DNA from: Gracilinanus agilis
Taxonomy: Eukaryota
DNA length: 64,000 bases
Assembly: GCF_016433145.1 (NCBI RefSeq)
Contig: NC_058132.1
Span: forward strand, 242,183,073 to 242,247,072
Direction of reading: 5' to 3'
Part shown: positions 27,069 to 39,497 of the stretch, piece by piece
Numbering within the stretch: position 1 is the first letter of the stretch
How the letters are laid out: the number at the start of each line of letters is the position of its first letter
Program-made: the position numbers and the translations under genes
The notes under the pieces: model-generated
Seen by the model: the letters and a program-made list of their open reading frames with translations, nothing else
Database searches by the model: none
What the model was told of the DNA's origin: nothing

Positions 27069-27850
27069 CTGCTTGTGTTTTTCAGTACAATGAAAGTTCT
27101 AATTCATAGGTGAATTGCTTGTGAAACTGACTAGATTAAATCAAAACTTTCCGTTTCTGTTTGAGTACAAACCAATAGTACCCCAGGAGACAAAGCTTCA
27201 CTATTTCCCAAGATAACATTTAACTGAAACCTTATCTTTCTGTTCCTAAAAATGCAATTCTTTTTCAATGAAAGTAATCAAATTATTATTCATTATTCTT
27301 CACTAAATTTAAAGAATAGAATTGTCTAAAGATTTATGTAGATATAATTTTCTGAAATTATTCTAAACTAAAAGTTCAAATTCTGAATAAGATTGACAGC
27401 AAGAAATATGACGATAGAAAATTATAACATTTTAGGTTTATATAAACAATATAATCCTGATGCTTTGTTTCAAAAACATGTTATTTGAACCAAACTTCTA
27501 CTTTTATTCTTGTAGCACCATTTCAGTGATTAAAGGGTGTTCTTTAGTTATATGTAATTTATTTCACAACTATGAATATTTTAGTATCATTAAATTCCTT
27601 GAATTTTGTATCCAAGTTCTCCTAGAGGTTTGCTTGTTTTTTCACCAATGCGGGACACAAAAATTCCAGTGCAAGAAAACTCCACATTTTCTGCTATTTT
27701 CTATCAAAATTTTAATCAAAAAATGCTATTACAACTATTCTTTCATGTTAATACTACTAAAAAACCTGTTCCTAGTTGAGAAACAAACAAACAAACAAAA
27801 AAACCAAATAACCTTTTAGTTAGTAAGAGAAGTCTTTTAAGGATATTTAC

Positions 27851-27995
27851 CCTCACTGCTTCCCCACGACGCATTCCAGCATGCACAGATAATGAACACT
27901 GGCGTGTTGTTCTAATACTTTCCATGACCACACACAATACTGCCTTTCTACTACTCATTGATTGACGGATTAGGCAGTGATCAAAGTTAATTTTT
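27851..27995 (-). CDS. PJVK: PJVK coding exon 3
   Basis: tttag|A; (R)[48 protein letters not shown]; donor AGG|gtaaat; 145 bp. Confidence 0.96.
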
Positions 27996-28184
27996 CTAAA
28001 ATAAAGAAAAGAGAAATCCACAGGTATTTTGCTGTTGCCTAATTACATTTATCTGGTTCCTAATAATTCATAATTATGAAGTCATAAGAATGAATTAAAA
28101 ACCTACTTGCTTCTGATATAAAACAATTTAAACAAGCCTAAAAGAAATCATGGTGACCAAAAGAAATTCAGTACAGTTTTTTTT

Positions 28185-28330
28185 TTAAACTTTTACTTTC
28201 TGTCTTAGTATCAATTATAAGACCAGTAAGGGCTAGGTAATCAGTATTAAGTGACTTGCCCAGGGTCACAAAGCTAGGAAAGGTAGGAGGTCACATTTGA
28301 ACCCAGATCTCCAGGCCTGGCTCTCTATCC
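28185..28330 (-). mobile_element. Marsupial SINE
   Basis: ttctgtcttagtatcaatt...aagtgacttgcccagggtcac...ctctctatccactaagccacctaactgcc. Confidence 0.75.
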
Positions 28331-29694
28331 ACTAAGCCACCTAACTGCCTCAAGATATTTCTTAACATAGTTAAGTATACACAATTAAGAAACTATTGTT
28401 GCCTGTATTATATATCATCTATATTCTGCTTGAATTGTCCATTGATCCCTTAATACCTTGTTAGAGCAGATGTTTCTTAACTGTGAGGGTTTTTTCTACC
28501 TGCACTTCCATTTATTTCTTGTGTATCCTATGTCTGTATCTCAGTTTCCTCATCTGTAAAATGGAGATAACAATTGCATCTACCTCCCAGGGTTGTTTTG
28601 AGAATCAATAGAGGTAATAATTATAAAGTGTTTATTTAGTACAGTGTCTGATACATAGTAAATCACTATATAAATACTGGCTATTGTTATTATTATTATT
28701 ATAGTTATGGCAAAACAAAGTAGGAATTTTCTTTGATTTTTGTTGCTTTTATATACAAAATACCTCTAGGAAAATCAGCGACCTATCTCTTGAGTGATCT
28801 CCTTTGCATTGCAAGTTAAAAATTTGTTGTCTAACCACTGTGTTGCATCATTTTTCTTTCACGAACCAGGACACCTCCTCTTCTTTCTAATTTCTTGGTC
28901 TTGGACTTCATGATCTAGGGAGGCAATTGCCAAAATGAAAAAGGTGCTAGATTCACAATCTAAAGGACCTGGGTTCAAATTATGATTGTTACTACCTCCT
29001 GTGATAATTTAACCTATCTGGGCCTCAGTTTCTTTATCTATAAAATGAGGAGAATGAACCAGAAGGCTTCTAAGTTTCCTTCTAACTCTAGATCTATAAA
29101 CCTATTGAATTTGGTTTTTGTGGAAAATGGTTTATGTGGAGGAGTTTTTGTTATATTTTCACCAAGCAGGTTCTTAAATATTCTTTCAATTCAATTATCT
29201 CCCTCCTTAGAAAGTCAGTCAATCAATAAACATCTATTCACTCCCTTATTGTATGCAAGGCACCATACTAACCCCTGAATGTAGGGGTCCTTGAGGGCAG
29301 ACACTGGGTTGTATATGTGTGTCTGTGGTATTCCCAGCATTTAACACAGAGCCTGTTATATGATAAATGATTAACAAATAAATGCTAATTGCTTGACTGA
29401 TTAAAAGCCAACTGTTAAGTGACATAGAGACAAGTAGAAACATGGAAAAAAGCAATGTTAGGGGAAGAAGAGGTAGCACTATCAAATGTGGCCTTGAGAA
29501 TAGCACCTTTTGTGGATCAATCAAGAATTTTTTTCAAATGATTTTTGAAACTCATTTGCAAGGTTAATTGAAATTTTAAACTTAAACAATAAATTACTTG
29601 GCTTTGTAAAATATATTTTAAATGTATTGTAGACCAAATTTGTAAAATTCAGATATTTAATCAAATTAATTATATCAAAAATTATCATACTGAC

Positions 29695-29890
29695 CTGGTA
29701 GTAAGTTCCTTGAGTAATGTTGTTACTTCCACTTCGTGCTTAGTTACCACACCAAAGGAAGCTTTTACTGCAATGGAATCTGACCCGGCAACATTAATTC
29801 CAACGTCGTTCACCATATGATTTCCTCGCCTTCCATAGAGTGAAACATCTGATTTATCTTCATAATTCAGTAATTGGTAGGATGAGATAC
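29695..29890 (-). CDS. PJVK: PJVK coding exon 2
   Basis: taaag|GT; (G)[64 protein letters not shown]; donor AG|gtcagt; 196 bp. Confidence 0.96.
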
Positions 29891-31631
29891 CTTTAATAAA
29901 AGAACACTGTTGTGTTTAAATGTCTCTTACCTGCCTAATATGATTATTTTAAAATGACATTTTAAAATTCTAAAGTTATAAACTATAATAGAAATGCCAA
30001 TGATTGAAACCAATTATCAAACTAACAATTCCATTTACATGGAATTAAGGTAGATTATGTAGTTAAAAGATAAATATTATTATTTTCTTTGTACTCAGGA
30101 AAACATCTCACAAAAAGAGATTAGAGGGAGAAAGAGGAAAGTACTATGTAAGTGATAATCTGTGTCAAAATACCATTTCTAAATCCAGTGTTCCAAATAG
30201 ACCTAAAAACATTTTTTGTTGTTAAAGTAGACTTCCTCTCTATATTAATAACAACTTAAATGATTTAAAAACAATAACATAGTATCATGTTAAAGAGTAA
30301 TGATAGTAGAAATAATGATATGATCATTTCTCCATTTCAAAATGCTTTTGTTTCTATGTGAGATGGTCCAGTATATGAGTACTTATTTGTAGTTAGAATG
30401 TTTTAGTCATATTCAGTTGTGTCTGACTCTTCATGATCCTGTTTGGGGTTTTCCTGGTGAAGATACTAGAATGGTTTGCCCTTTCCTTCTCCAGGAGAGA
30501 GGGAAAATGTTAAAAATTTTCCATTTTACAGATAAGGAAACTGAGGCAAAGAGGTCAGGGTCACAGCTAGTGAGTGTTGGAGGCCAAATTTGAACTCAGA
30601 TCTTCCTGACTCCAGGCTCAGTGGTTTATCCACTGAGCTACCCAGCTGCTTCCATATGTATAGTATAATAATAAATATATATACATAAATATACACATAT
30701 ATATGTATAGTATCTGTATAACACTAAGTAAATCATAGAATCTCTTATGTGCCTGAAGCAATTTCTTAGAATTTATTTCCAGCATTATAAATGGGGAGGA
30801 TTTCCTTAGGATAACAAAATCACTTTCATTATCTAATTTAGTCTACACAACAAATTTTAAGGGATAATAAGACAGGTGGTATTCCCATTTGGCAGTCACT
30901 TAGTATGTGAAGTAGCTAGGCAATAGAGTTATAAAGTCTTGGATTCTGAGGCAAGAAGACTAATTCAAACTCTGCCTCTGATACTACCAGTGAGCAATAA
31001 GGAATGGCAAGTTATTTTATCTCTCTTAGTCTTAGTTTCCTTAACCATAAAACAGAGATAATAATATCATCTACCACACAGGGCTCTTATTAGAATCAAA
31101 TGTGATGAAAAAATCAAGTACTTTGTAAACTTTGAAGCACTATATAAATGTTAGCTAATATTATTATAAAATGACCACAACTACAAATTGATTTGGTAAA
31201 ACAACTTATTAAAAATTCAGTTCAAAAGTATTCATTGAGACACAATGAGCCAAGCACTTTGATAATCAATGAGGATACAATGATAAAAATGAAAATTGTC
31301 TTTGTCTGCAAGTTTATCATCTACTCAGTGGAGGAGGGAAAAGTATAACAGTACATATATAAGTAAAGACAAAGTGATAGGGAGAAGTTGTGGAAGAGAT
31401 GCCAAATAGAGTTGTTCTATGCATTTAATAGATTTAAAAATTTGGTTTGATGTTATATAAATTTGAATCATCCTTTCTGGTACTAATATCATCACCACCA
31501 TTTCAACAGAAAATTTGACGGTCAACAAAAATTCATGCTACTCCTGTAACATGCTATCTCTATTTAGATTAATGCAATATAAAGAGTAGTCATTATAAAA
31601 ACAGGTTTTTAAAAGCTGTTGAAAAACTTAC

Positions 31632-31842
31632 CAGCTGAAATTTCTCTGTCTCCTAGAAGAATATCATTCAGAGTGAAAGGTGTGGAGGTAAATTTAGGTC
31701 TTTGTAACAAAAAGCATCTTTTCTTTTTANNNNNNNNNNNNNNNNNNNNNNNNNNNNNNNNNNNNNNNNNNNNNNNNNNNNNNNNNNNNNNNNNNNNNNN
31801 NNNNNNNNNNNNNNNNNNNNNNNNNNNNNNNNNNNNNNNNNN
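31632..31842 (-). CDS. PJVK: PJVK first coding exon (5' part hidden in N-gap)
   Basis: Visible part [32 protein letters not shown], donor G|gtaagt at 31631. Start at ~31842 is inferred assuming 38 codons precede KKKR as in human. Confidence 0.85.
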
Positions 31843-31861
31843 NNNNNNNNNNNNNNNNNNN
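31730..31861. other. Assembly gap (132 N) covering the PJVK start codon
   Basis: Run of N. Confidence 0.99.
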
Positions 31862-33019
31862 TAAAACACTTCATCAACTATAACTTTCAGATATTAAATC
31901 CATGTTCAAAAGGCTAGTATTTTAAAGGAAACTATGAAGCACAAAACTAAATCTAGAATGAATTTTTAAATGAAGTCTTACACTTAATTAGAAAAGCAAA
32001 ATAACCTGTTTTCACTAACTACTTTCCAGTGTACAGAGCTCACAGCTCTCTTTCAGCTTCATGTACTCGGGTTAATGAATTATACATCAAGTGTAAACTG
32101 ATATACTAGAGGTAAAACTGAAGTGCCACCATGGCCATTCTGTATGGCTAAAAAAGCTAACAGAAGAAAATGACATTGTGACATTATCTTTTGTCAGGAC
32201 CAGAGCTAAAGATAATCAGGGCAATGGGTTCAATATAATATAGTTCTGAAAGATACATTGGCAGGACTTTAAGATTAAAATGACCATCATTAGCCCTGGA
32301 TACAGTCTTCAGTGGAATTGGTCCAAAGGAAGTTCCTTTACAAGTTAATGATGCCAATTTTAGCAGTATGTTATGCCATTTGGGGAAACAGAAAAAGAAT
32401 CATTTGGGTGCAATTTAAAGGCTCCGATTTGCTTATGTATCTCACTTTACTTTCTTCTGTTTAAAAAAAAAAGATTGGGTGGAGGTGGTAGGAAGTTAGT
32501 ATTCCCATTAAACGAACATTTTTAGCATATAGTAGAATCCTTTTATTGACTTAAGAACAGTTCCAAGATTCATATTATTGTCTGACCATTTCATATCTAA
32601 AATATTTACTCTCTAGATTAATGCTTAAGGAGACAATGAAAAGCCCGGTTATAATGGAGTTATTAGCATGTTTTTTCTTTCATCGGTTTATTCATGTTTT
32701 CCAAGCTGGAGACGGGTAGCGGGTAGAAATGAGGACTTAGATCGTTTCTCTCCAAGCATTTAGGTCCAGCGGGCACGGCCTGTGAATCCTCTATAGCCGG
32801 GACACTACCCAGGTGTAGAGAGATGCTTAAGACAAGAGTCGATGCGGCTTATTTTTAAAACAATGGCTATCTTCCTAGAGGCGACCCAAGACGAGTGCAG
32901 CCTAGTTTTCAAAACCTTTTAAAAATCAGTCTCAGGTAACAATAAAGACGCTGAGAGGACAATGAGAGGACTTAAAAAAAAAAAAAAAAGGAAATCTTTT
33001 TAATACTAGAGGTTTGGCC

Positions 33020-34380
33020 GCAGGTTGGTGGGAAGCCCCCGGAGCCCGGCTCGCGTGCGCAGCGATACAGAGCTAGGACGAGCACGGGTGACTCCTGCAA
33101 AACCCCGAGGGGAGGAGAAAGAGGAGGGAGGGAAGGTGAAAATCGATTCTTTAGAAATTGGAGCGCGCTGCAAGGAGGGACCGTTTCAACCTTTATACTA
33201 GCATCCCCTATGCCCAGTCGGCGCGTGGCACAAAGTGGGCACTTGTTGTTTACTGGATACCCTTCCAGGCACCATCTCTGACATGACGTAATGGTGTATG
33301 GCCGAACGAGCCCCAGACCCCCGAGGCCTTGAGTCCGCTGCGTTAATCATTCTTTCTCCCTCCCTGTATTTAGGGTTCTCCCTGAGTTCGGAACATGGTC
33401 CAGGTTTTAAGGACACGCTGATTATACAGAAAAAGGGCGTGTATCATTTTTTTTTTTTTTATGAAGATGATCACTTGTCAGATATGTTTCCATCTCATCT
33501 CAGGAAGGAAATCATCCCTGGGGTAGAAACCCAAGGGAAGGGCGTCCAACTGAGAGTACGCAGGAAAACCGCTTTGGAGGGTCTAAGGGAGAAAGGGGTG
33601 GCCAGGATGCTCCCACCATGGCGGCCCTGACGCGCTGCCCTCGGGCGGAGCAAGAAATGCCCGGATAGAGAATAATGACCCCGCTGTCGGGGCCGGGAGT
33701 GCGGGGCTCGTGGCTGCGGGGGTTGGGGTCAGTGACCGCAAGCAGAACGCGCCATGGATCTGGGTGGGGGAGGTCAGTTTGGGGATCGGGATCTGGGGGC
33801 AGTCGGCAGCATCTGAGGCCCTGCTGGTGGAGGCGGGCACCGGGCTGGGGGCCTGGGCCGCGGCGGCAGCAGCAGGTGCGGGCGCGGCGGGGGGAGTGAG
33901 GGGGGCTGCGCCATCGGCTCCTCCTCTTCTCCCCCGCCCCCCGGAACCACAACAGGGACGCGGAGGAGGAGGAGGGGGGAGGAGGAGGAGAAGAGCGACA
34001 AGAGGCAGCGGCAGCAGTAGAAGCAGCAGCAGCGGCGGCGGCGGCAGAGAAGGGGGAACGAGAAGCGACCACCACGGCTACCGCAACGGCGACAGCGACG
34101 GCGGCCCCTGGGGCCAAGGAGGCCCCTCTCGGGGACGGGCCGCCTAAGGGAAGGAGAACGAACCCCAGACCCCGGGTCTCCAACGCCCCCCAGGCAGCTC
34201 CTGCTGCCCCGGCGGCCCCCGCTGCGGCCCCAAGGCCGACCATGCCCCAGGGCGGGCCTCACGCTGCGGCCCCGCCGCCGGCCCAACAAGACAGCGGCAC
34301 CTTCAGGTGAGTCAGCGGGCGGGGCCCTAGCCGGTTTGCCCGGCGGGGCCCGTAAGAGACCTGGTCAGGCCTAGCAGGGG
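33020..34380. promoter_or_regulatory. CpG island / bidirectional PJVK-PRKRA promoter
   Basis: High GC and CpG density between divergent genes; ATGACGTAAT 33283-33292; GCGTGCGC near 33053; G-run cluster 33762-33799; GGA/GCA/GCG triplet repeats 33961-34046. Confidence 0.85.
34242..34306 (+). CDS. PRKRA: PRKRA (PACT) exon 1 coding part
   Basis: gaccATG; MPQGGPHAAAPPPAQQDSGTF aligns to human [21 protein letters not shown]; donor AG|gtgagt; 65 bp. Confidence 0.92.
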
Positions 34381-35057
34381 AGGTGGGGAAGGGGCCGGAG
34401 AGGACTGGAAGGCCTTCGAGTTGCCTTGTGGGTAATAGTGCCCCCTCCCCCAGCTTTCTTCCCATCCCCCTCCCCCATGCACAATTTGGAGCCGAGAGAG
34501 GCTCCGCCCTTTAGGGTTCTACTCTTTTCCCCTCCCCCGCTACCCCCTCCCCTTCTCAGCCCTTCTATCACCACAACCCCCCCTCTTCCCTCCCCCAGGA
34601 CAGCGCTGTGGGTGGGTCAGGCTAGGAAAGCTGCGGCTGTCGCATCCCTGAAGCTCGAGGCAGCTCGGGTTACCTGAACCCTGATAGGCTTGAGAAAGAG
34701 GACGTCCGTGGTGGTGCCTTGGAGATCTTTTCGTTCCCTAAGCAGGTGCTGTTGGAGCCAGCTTTTGGGGCTTTCTCTCTGACCCTCCCTAACCTCCCCC
34801 AACCCCCGCCTCTCCTGATCTTTGCTGCTGCAGCTGCCAGCAAGGGAAATTGGAGAATGCCTCCACCCCCCATGCCATCTTCATTTTTCGAGCTTAGAAG
34901 GAACATTGCCACCCCGTTTTTCTAGTTTAAGAATGAAGAGTAAATTTCCTTCGGTTAGCTTTAGGGCTGTACTTGACACAACGTTGCTGCTTTGCTGTCC
35001 TCTCCCACTCCCCACCCCTTCGGTATTTCAAGCGGGCAATCATTCTCATTTGTGCAG

Positions 35058-35227
35058 GTTGGGGAAAATGATCACAGCCAAACCTGGGAAAACACCAATT
35101 CAGGTGTTACATGAGTATGGCATGAAGACCAATAATGTACCCGTTTATGAATTTGAAAGAGCTGATGGACATGCAAATACCCCAAGTTTCACCTTCAGAG
35201 TGACCATTGGTGATATAATCTGCACAG
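35058..35227 (+). CDS. PRKRA: PRKRA exon 2 (dsRBD1)
   Basis: tgtgcag|G; (R)[56 protein letters not shown]; donor G|gtctgt; 170 bp. Confidence 0.97.
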
Positions 35228-38027
35228 GTCTGTATACACTATTAACCCAAACTATCAGCATTGTCATCCTAAAGATAGGATGTAATATCTTCCTTAGGAA
35301 GGTACCTAAGGAAATACTGAAAATGGAAAGTGTCAACTCAACAATGAAGGAAGACATTTCTAACTTCACCCACTTTCTCCCTCCCTCCCTCTCCTCCATC
35401 ACTATGTGTGCCATGAGAAGCTTAAAACAGGAATGGAGGCCTCCAACAGACCTTCCTTCTCCCTAACATAAATGAGTCCATTAGGCTACCTCTTAACAGC
35501 TGGAACTGAAGAGGCTTTAAAGATGAGTAGTATTCCCAAGTTACCCTGAGAACTAGAACTAAGATAATTTTTAAAAGGTCCAGGCTCGAAAGCCCCTGCC
35601 ACTATCTTGATTGTCCATTTCACTTTTCAAGCTGTTTAATTCACAGGGAAGGTGAGTTTGAACCCCACCTCCCCCAGACACAAAGAACCATAGAAAGTTC
35701 TTTAGCTTTTCTCTGTCGGACTGGCACCAACAGACATATTCTTATTTACTAAGCTGGAGCTAGCCCAGTGAAACATTCTGTATCAAAAAAAAAAAAAAAG
35801 AAAAACAATGAATTTTGATAATTTACATGTGAATTTTCCTATTTGTTATACTACCTTAGTTCATTCATTAACTTTTTAAACTTGAACCACAAAAAAAAGA
35901 CACATTGCATCTTATCTGGAAAAAATATATTACACCAATAAACCCAAATGGTTCATCTAAAAACTTCAGAGGTCACAGTTTTCATTTTGTTTTGTCTTTT
36001 CTCTTATTGAGGTGAAGCTACATTTATATTCCTGAAGTGTATGATTTCTAGTGAAAGGACATAGGGGACATAGAATGCTGATCCCTGAGAACAGGAGAAA
36101 AGGAATAACCACTCTTCTCCCAGCTAGGGATTTGGGGAAAACAAAGTAGAAAGTAGAGTCTTAGGGAAGAAAGCAACTTTTAAGTTTATATAGTCTAGTC
36201 CCTTCATTTTATACTTGAGAAAGCCGAGGCCCAGAGATGTTACATGAAAAACCCATAGTCAGAATTTGAATCTAAGTCCTCTGGCTCCAAATCCCATACA
36301 CTTTCCACTGTACCATGCTGCCTCCCATATAAGAGCAAACAGCCAGTTTGCAAAATTTACTTAAAAATAAACTAGAAAATTATGAACTTTTAGTTGGGAA
36401 TATTTTGTTAAAACTATCTAGAAGCTTAAAAATAATTTTTTTTCTTCTTTAGTGAATGAGATCCTCCTAGTGTGATGATGTGATTGGTGAAATAACTTAG
36501 AGCTTAGCCATTATGAGCCTCTGTTTACCAATGTACAAAACGAAGATGGAAATATTTGTACCACTTACCTTATAGAATAAAACTTACAGTAAATGGTCAA
36601 ATACAATATAAATGCATGAGCTATAAATGTGTTCCCTATGCAAACCAAAGGACAAATAAAGCTATTTCAGGTAGTCTTTGTTTCTAGAATATCATTTATA
36701 GATAAACCCTGGAGAGAAAGCATAGCATAGTAAATGGAGAGTTAAAAAGACTTGATTTCAAATCTTGTCTCTGTTACATATTGACTATGCTACTGGGTAA
36801 ATCATTTAATTTTTCACTGCCATGGATAGATGTCTCTTAAGTATAGAGTGTGACCTGTTTTGATGGAATTTTCTTACTAGAAGGTTCCTAAACCAATGAA
36901 ATCACAAGTTTGGAGCTATATAAATACAGCAAGCTAGATATGTATAAGCTCAATTGAAAAAAAAAAACAAAAAACAATAGTTCTCCTCTCAAAATAATAT
37001 AGACCAAAGACCAGAAATCTATAGGATACCCACAAAAGATAATCTCATCAGTCTGATGTCCTCAGTCACTGCTCCGCTCCGTTCCCAATACCTTAAAACA
37101 CTACTTTATTTCCTTTCCATACCCTTCTCTATTCCCACCACAATTTACTGGTAAATTGGAGACTGTCATCTTGAAATGCTTTATTCCAAACTGAATCATA
37201 AAATCTTAGAAGTAGAAGGGAAGTTGGAGATCTAATCTAACACTTGAATTTTACAGAAAAGGAAACTGAGTCTCAACGAAGTAAAATGATTTATCAGAAG
37301 TAACATAGATGTTGGCAATGCTGGGAATTGATCTTGAATCTCTTGATTTCTACACAGGATTACTTGGTCTTGCCCCTGAGAAATAGGAAAAGCTAAATGT
37401 GTAATGTTCTATTCATTGCTGCTTTCTGAAATTAGAAATAGACTTTGGTGTTACCTCCCTGCCCTCTCCATTCATAAAGTGAACATAGGTTGACCTTAAA
37501 ATGAGGAAGAGGTCATTCTCTTTTTCTTCTCCCTTGAAAGAGTCCTGTGACACCCTAAATGTAGTAGTCATTGTATTACAGCTTTTAACTGGAGTTTGAC
37601 CAGATACAGAAAGATCCAACAAGATAGAGTGAAGATAATTTTGCTGTTAAATATTTTCATTGCTCAGTTCTTTGAAGGAAAGCCTACCCTTAACACTGCC
37701 ACAAGGCTACATTGCACAAGTTCAGGCTTCCCTTTATAACAACACTAGTATTTTCCCTTTGATTCAGGCTTAGGAGAGAAGTGATTGTGTTAAATACCTC
37801 AGCATGAACTATAATCTTTTAATTATTTTATGGAGTATTTATAATTTTAAAATAATATAATTTTGATCTATACATTTAGTAAATAAGGAAACCCTTTTAA
37901 AAATAGATTTTTATCTTTTGTTTCTACATGTCCTTTTAAATTTCCCCCTGTATTTCTCCTTCCCTTTCATCTTAGAGTTGTCCCTTGTAATATTTTTTAA
38001 AAGAAAAAAAAAAATCATGGGTATGGG

Positions 38028-38230
38028 AGGGCAGCTGGGTGGCTCCGTGGATTGAGAGCCAAGCCTAGAGATGGGAGATCCTGGTTTCAAATCTGGCCTC
38101 ACAACTTCCTAGCTGTGTGACCCTGGGCAAGTCACTTAACCCCCATTTTCTAGCCCTTGCTGCTCTTCTGTTTTAGAACCAACACACAATATTGATTCTA
38201 AGACAGAAGGTAAGGGATTTAAAAAAAATA
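38028..38230 (+). mobile_element. SINE1-like SINE
   Basis: gggcagctgggtggctccgtggattgagagcc...gacagaaggtaagggatttaaaaaaaa. Confidence 0.85.
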
Positions 38231-38409
38231 AATTTATGTATTTCTATATATCTAGGATTTTATGCACTATTCTGTACCTTTGGATCCACATCTTCTATTA
38301 AGGATAGGGGTTGGGCATGGGACAGGAAACTGTCTTCTCATATTTCCCTCTGGGATCACACATGTTTTTGTTTTGTTTTGTTTTGAATAATTTTACGACA
38401 TTCATTTTT

Positions 38410-38805
38410 TTTTTAACCTTTAACTTCCATCTTAGGATCAATACTAAGTATTGGTTCTAAGGCAGAAGAGCATTAAGGGCTAGGTCAGTGATTCCCAAAG
38501 TGGGCACTACTGCCCCCTGGTGGGTGCTGCAGTGATCCAGGGAAGCGGTGATGGCCACACTTTTTTGTATTACATTCTATTCTGAGTTCAATAAATAGTT
38601 TCATAATTTCCAGGGGGTGCTAAGTAATATTTTTTCTGGAAAGGGGGCTATAGGCCAAAAACATTTGGGAGCTACTAGGCTAGGTAATGGGGCTCAAGTG
38701 ACTTGCTCATGATCACCCAGCTAGGAAGTATCTGAGGCCATACTTGAACCCAGAACCTTCTGTCTCCAGGCCTGACTCTCAATCCACTGAAACACCCAGC
38801 TGCCC
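38410..38805 (-). mobile_element. Antisense SINE interrupted by a hAT MITE
   Basis: SINE reads continuously (...cattaagggctaggt | aatggggctcaagtgacttg...) once 38486-38685 is removed. Confidence 0.8.
38486..38677 (+). mobile_element. hAT MITE, family A copy 3 (variant interior), nested in SINE
   Basis: CAGTGATTCCCAAAGTGGG 5' TIR; TSD GGCTAGGT (38478-38485, 38678-38685). Confidence 0.88.
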
Positions 38806-39288
38806 CACAACATTAATTTTTAAGTCTTTTTGTTGTGGAACTTTTCATTTATATTATCGTGTGTATTGTTTTTCTGGCTTGGCTTTCTTCACTTTGCCTC
38901 AATTCATTCAAGTCTCTCTGTGCTTCTCTGTATTCATGTTTGTCATTTTTTACAGGGTGAACTATTCCATTGTATCCATATACCATAATTTGTTTAGCCA
39001 TTTCCCCAACCAATGAGTACCTACTTGGGAAAACCCTTTTTTTTTATTATATATATTTAGGTGGCAATATATGTTTTAACTTCCTTTAGCATGTAAAAGA
39101 GACCCCATGCTATGTGGACAGAGTGCTGAATGTGGAATTGGGAACATCTGGATTCAGATCCTTCCTTGAATCATCTTGTACTGCAGGTCCCTCATCTCTA
39201 AAAAACAGGAAAATAACACTGATAAGAGGACCTGTCTCACAGGGTCACACTCTAAAATCTAAATGTGATAATGCATTTAAAGTACTTT

Positions 39289-39497
39289 GGGCAGTAGCTA
39301 GGTGGCTCCATGGGTTGAGAGTTAGGCCTGGAGACAGGAGTTCCTGCGTTCAAATTTGACCTTGACACTTCTTACCTTTGTGACCCTGGGCAAGTCACTT
39401 AAGCCCCATTGCTTAGCCCTTACTGTTCTTCTGCCTTGGAACCAATACCCAATATTGATTCTAAGACAGAAGGTATGGGTTTAAAAGTAAATAAATA
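39289..39497 (+). mobile_element. SINE1-like SINE
   Basis: gggcagtagctaggtggctccatgggttgagagttaggcc...gacagaaggtatgggtttaaaa; flanked by gtactttg on both sides. Confidence 0.82.

Noticed and set aside
31609-31869. ORF-track 'MF...' start for PJVK at 31869
   Set aside because: It is a GTG that mimics MF by chance; codon counting puts the ATG near 31842 inside the gap, and 31862-31869 looks like the intron acceptor (gtgttttaN).
33675-33899. 74-aa ATG ORF in frame with PRKRA, separated from the 114-codon extension by one TGA
   Set aside because: No readthrough context (TGA-G) or evidence that this is on the mRNA. Worth checking reads at 33897-33899, but not supportable as a 189-codon extension.
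33512-34243. 243-aa antisense ORF whose ATG overlaps the PRKRA ATG in a CATG palindrome
   Set aside because: Low-complexity translation of CpG-island triplet repeats; long ORFs occur in several frames here; no recognisable homology. Would matter only if PJVK transcripts start upstream of 34243.
34822-35466. 214-aa single-exon ORF
   Set aside because: PRKRA exon 2 plus open intronic flanks; canonical splice sites bound the conserved part.
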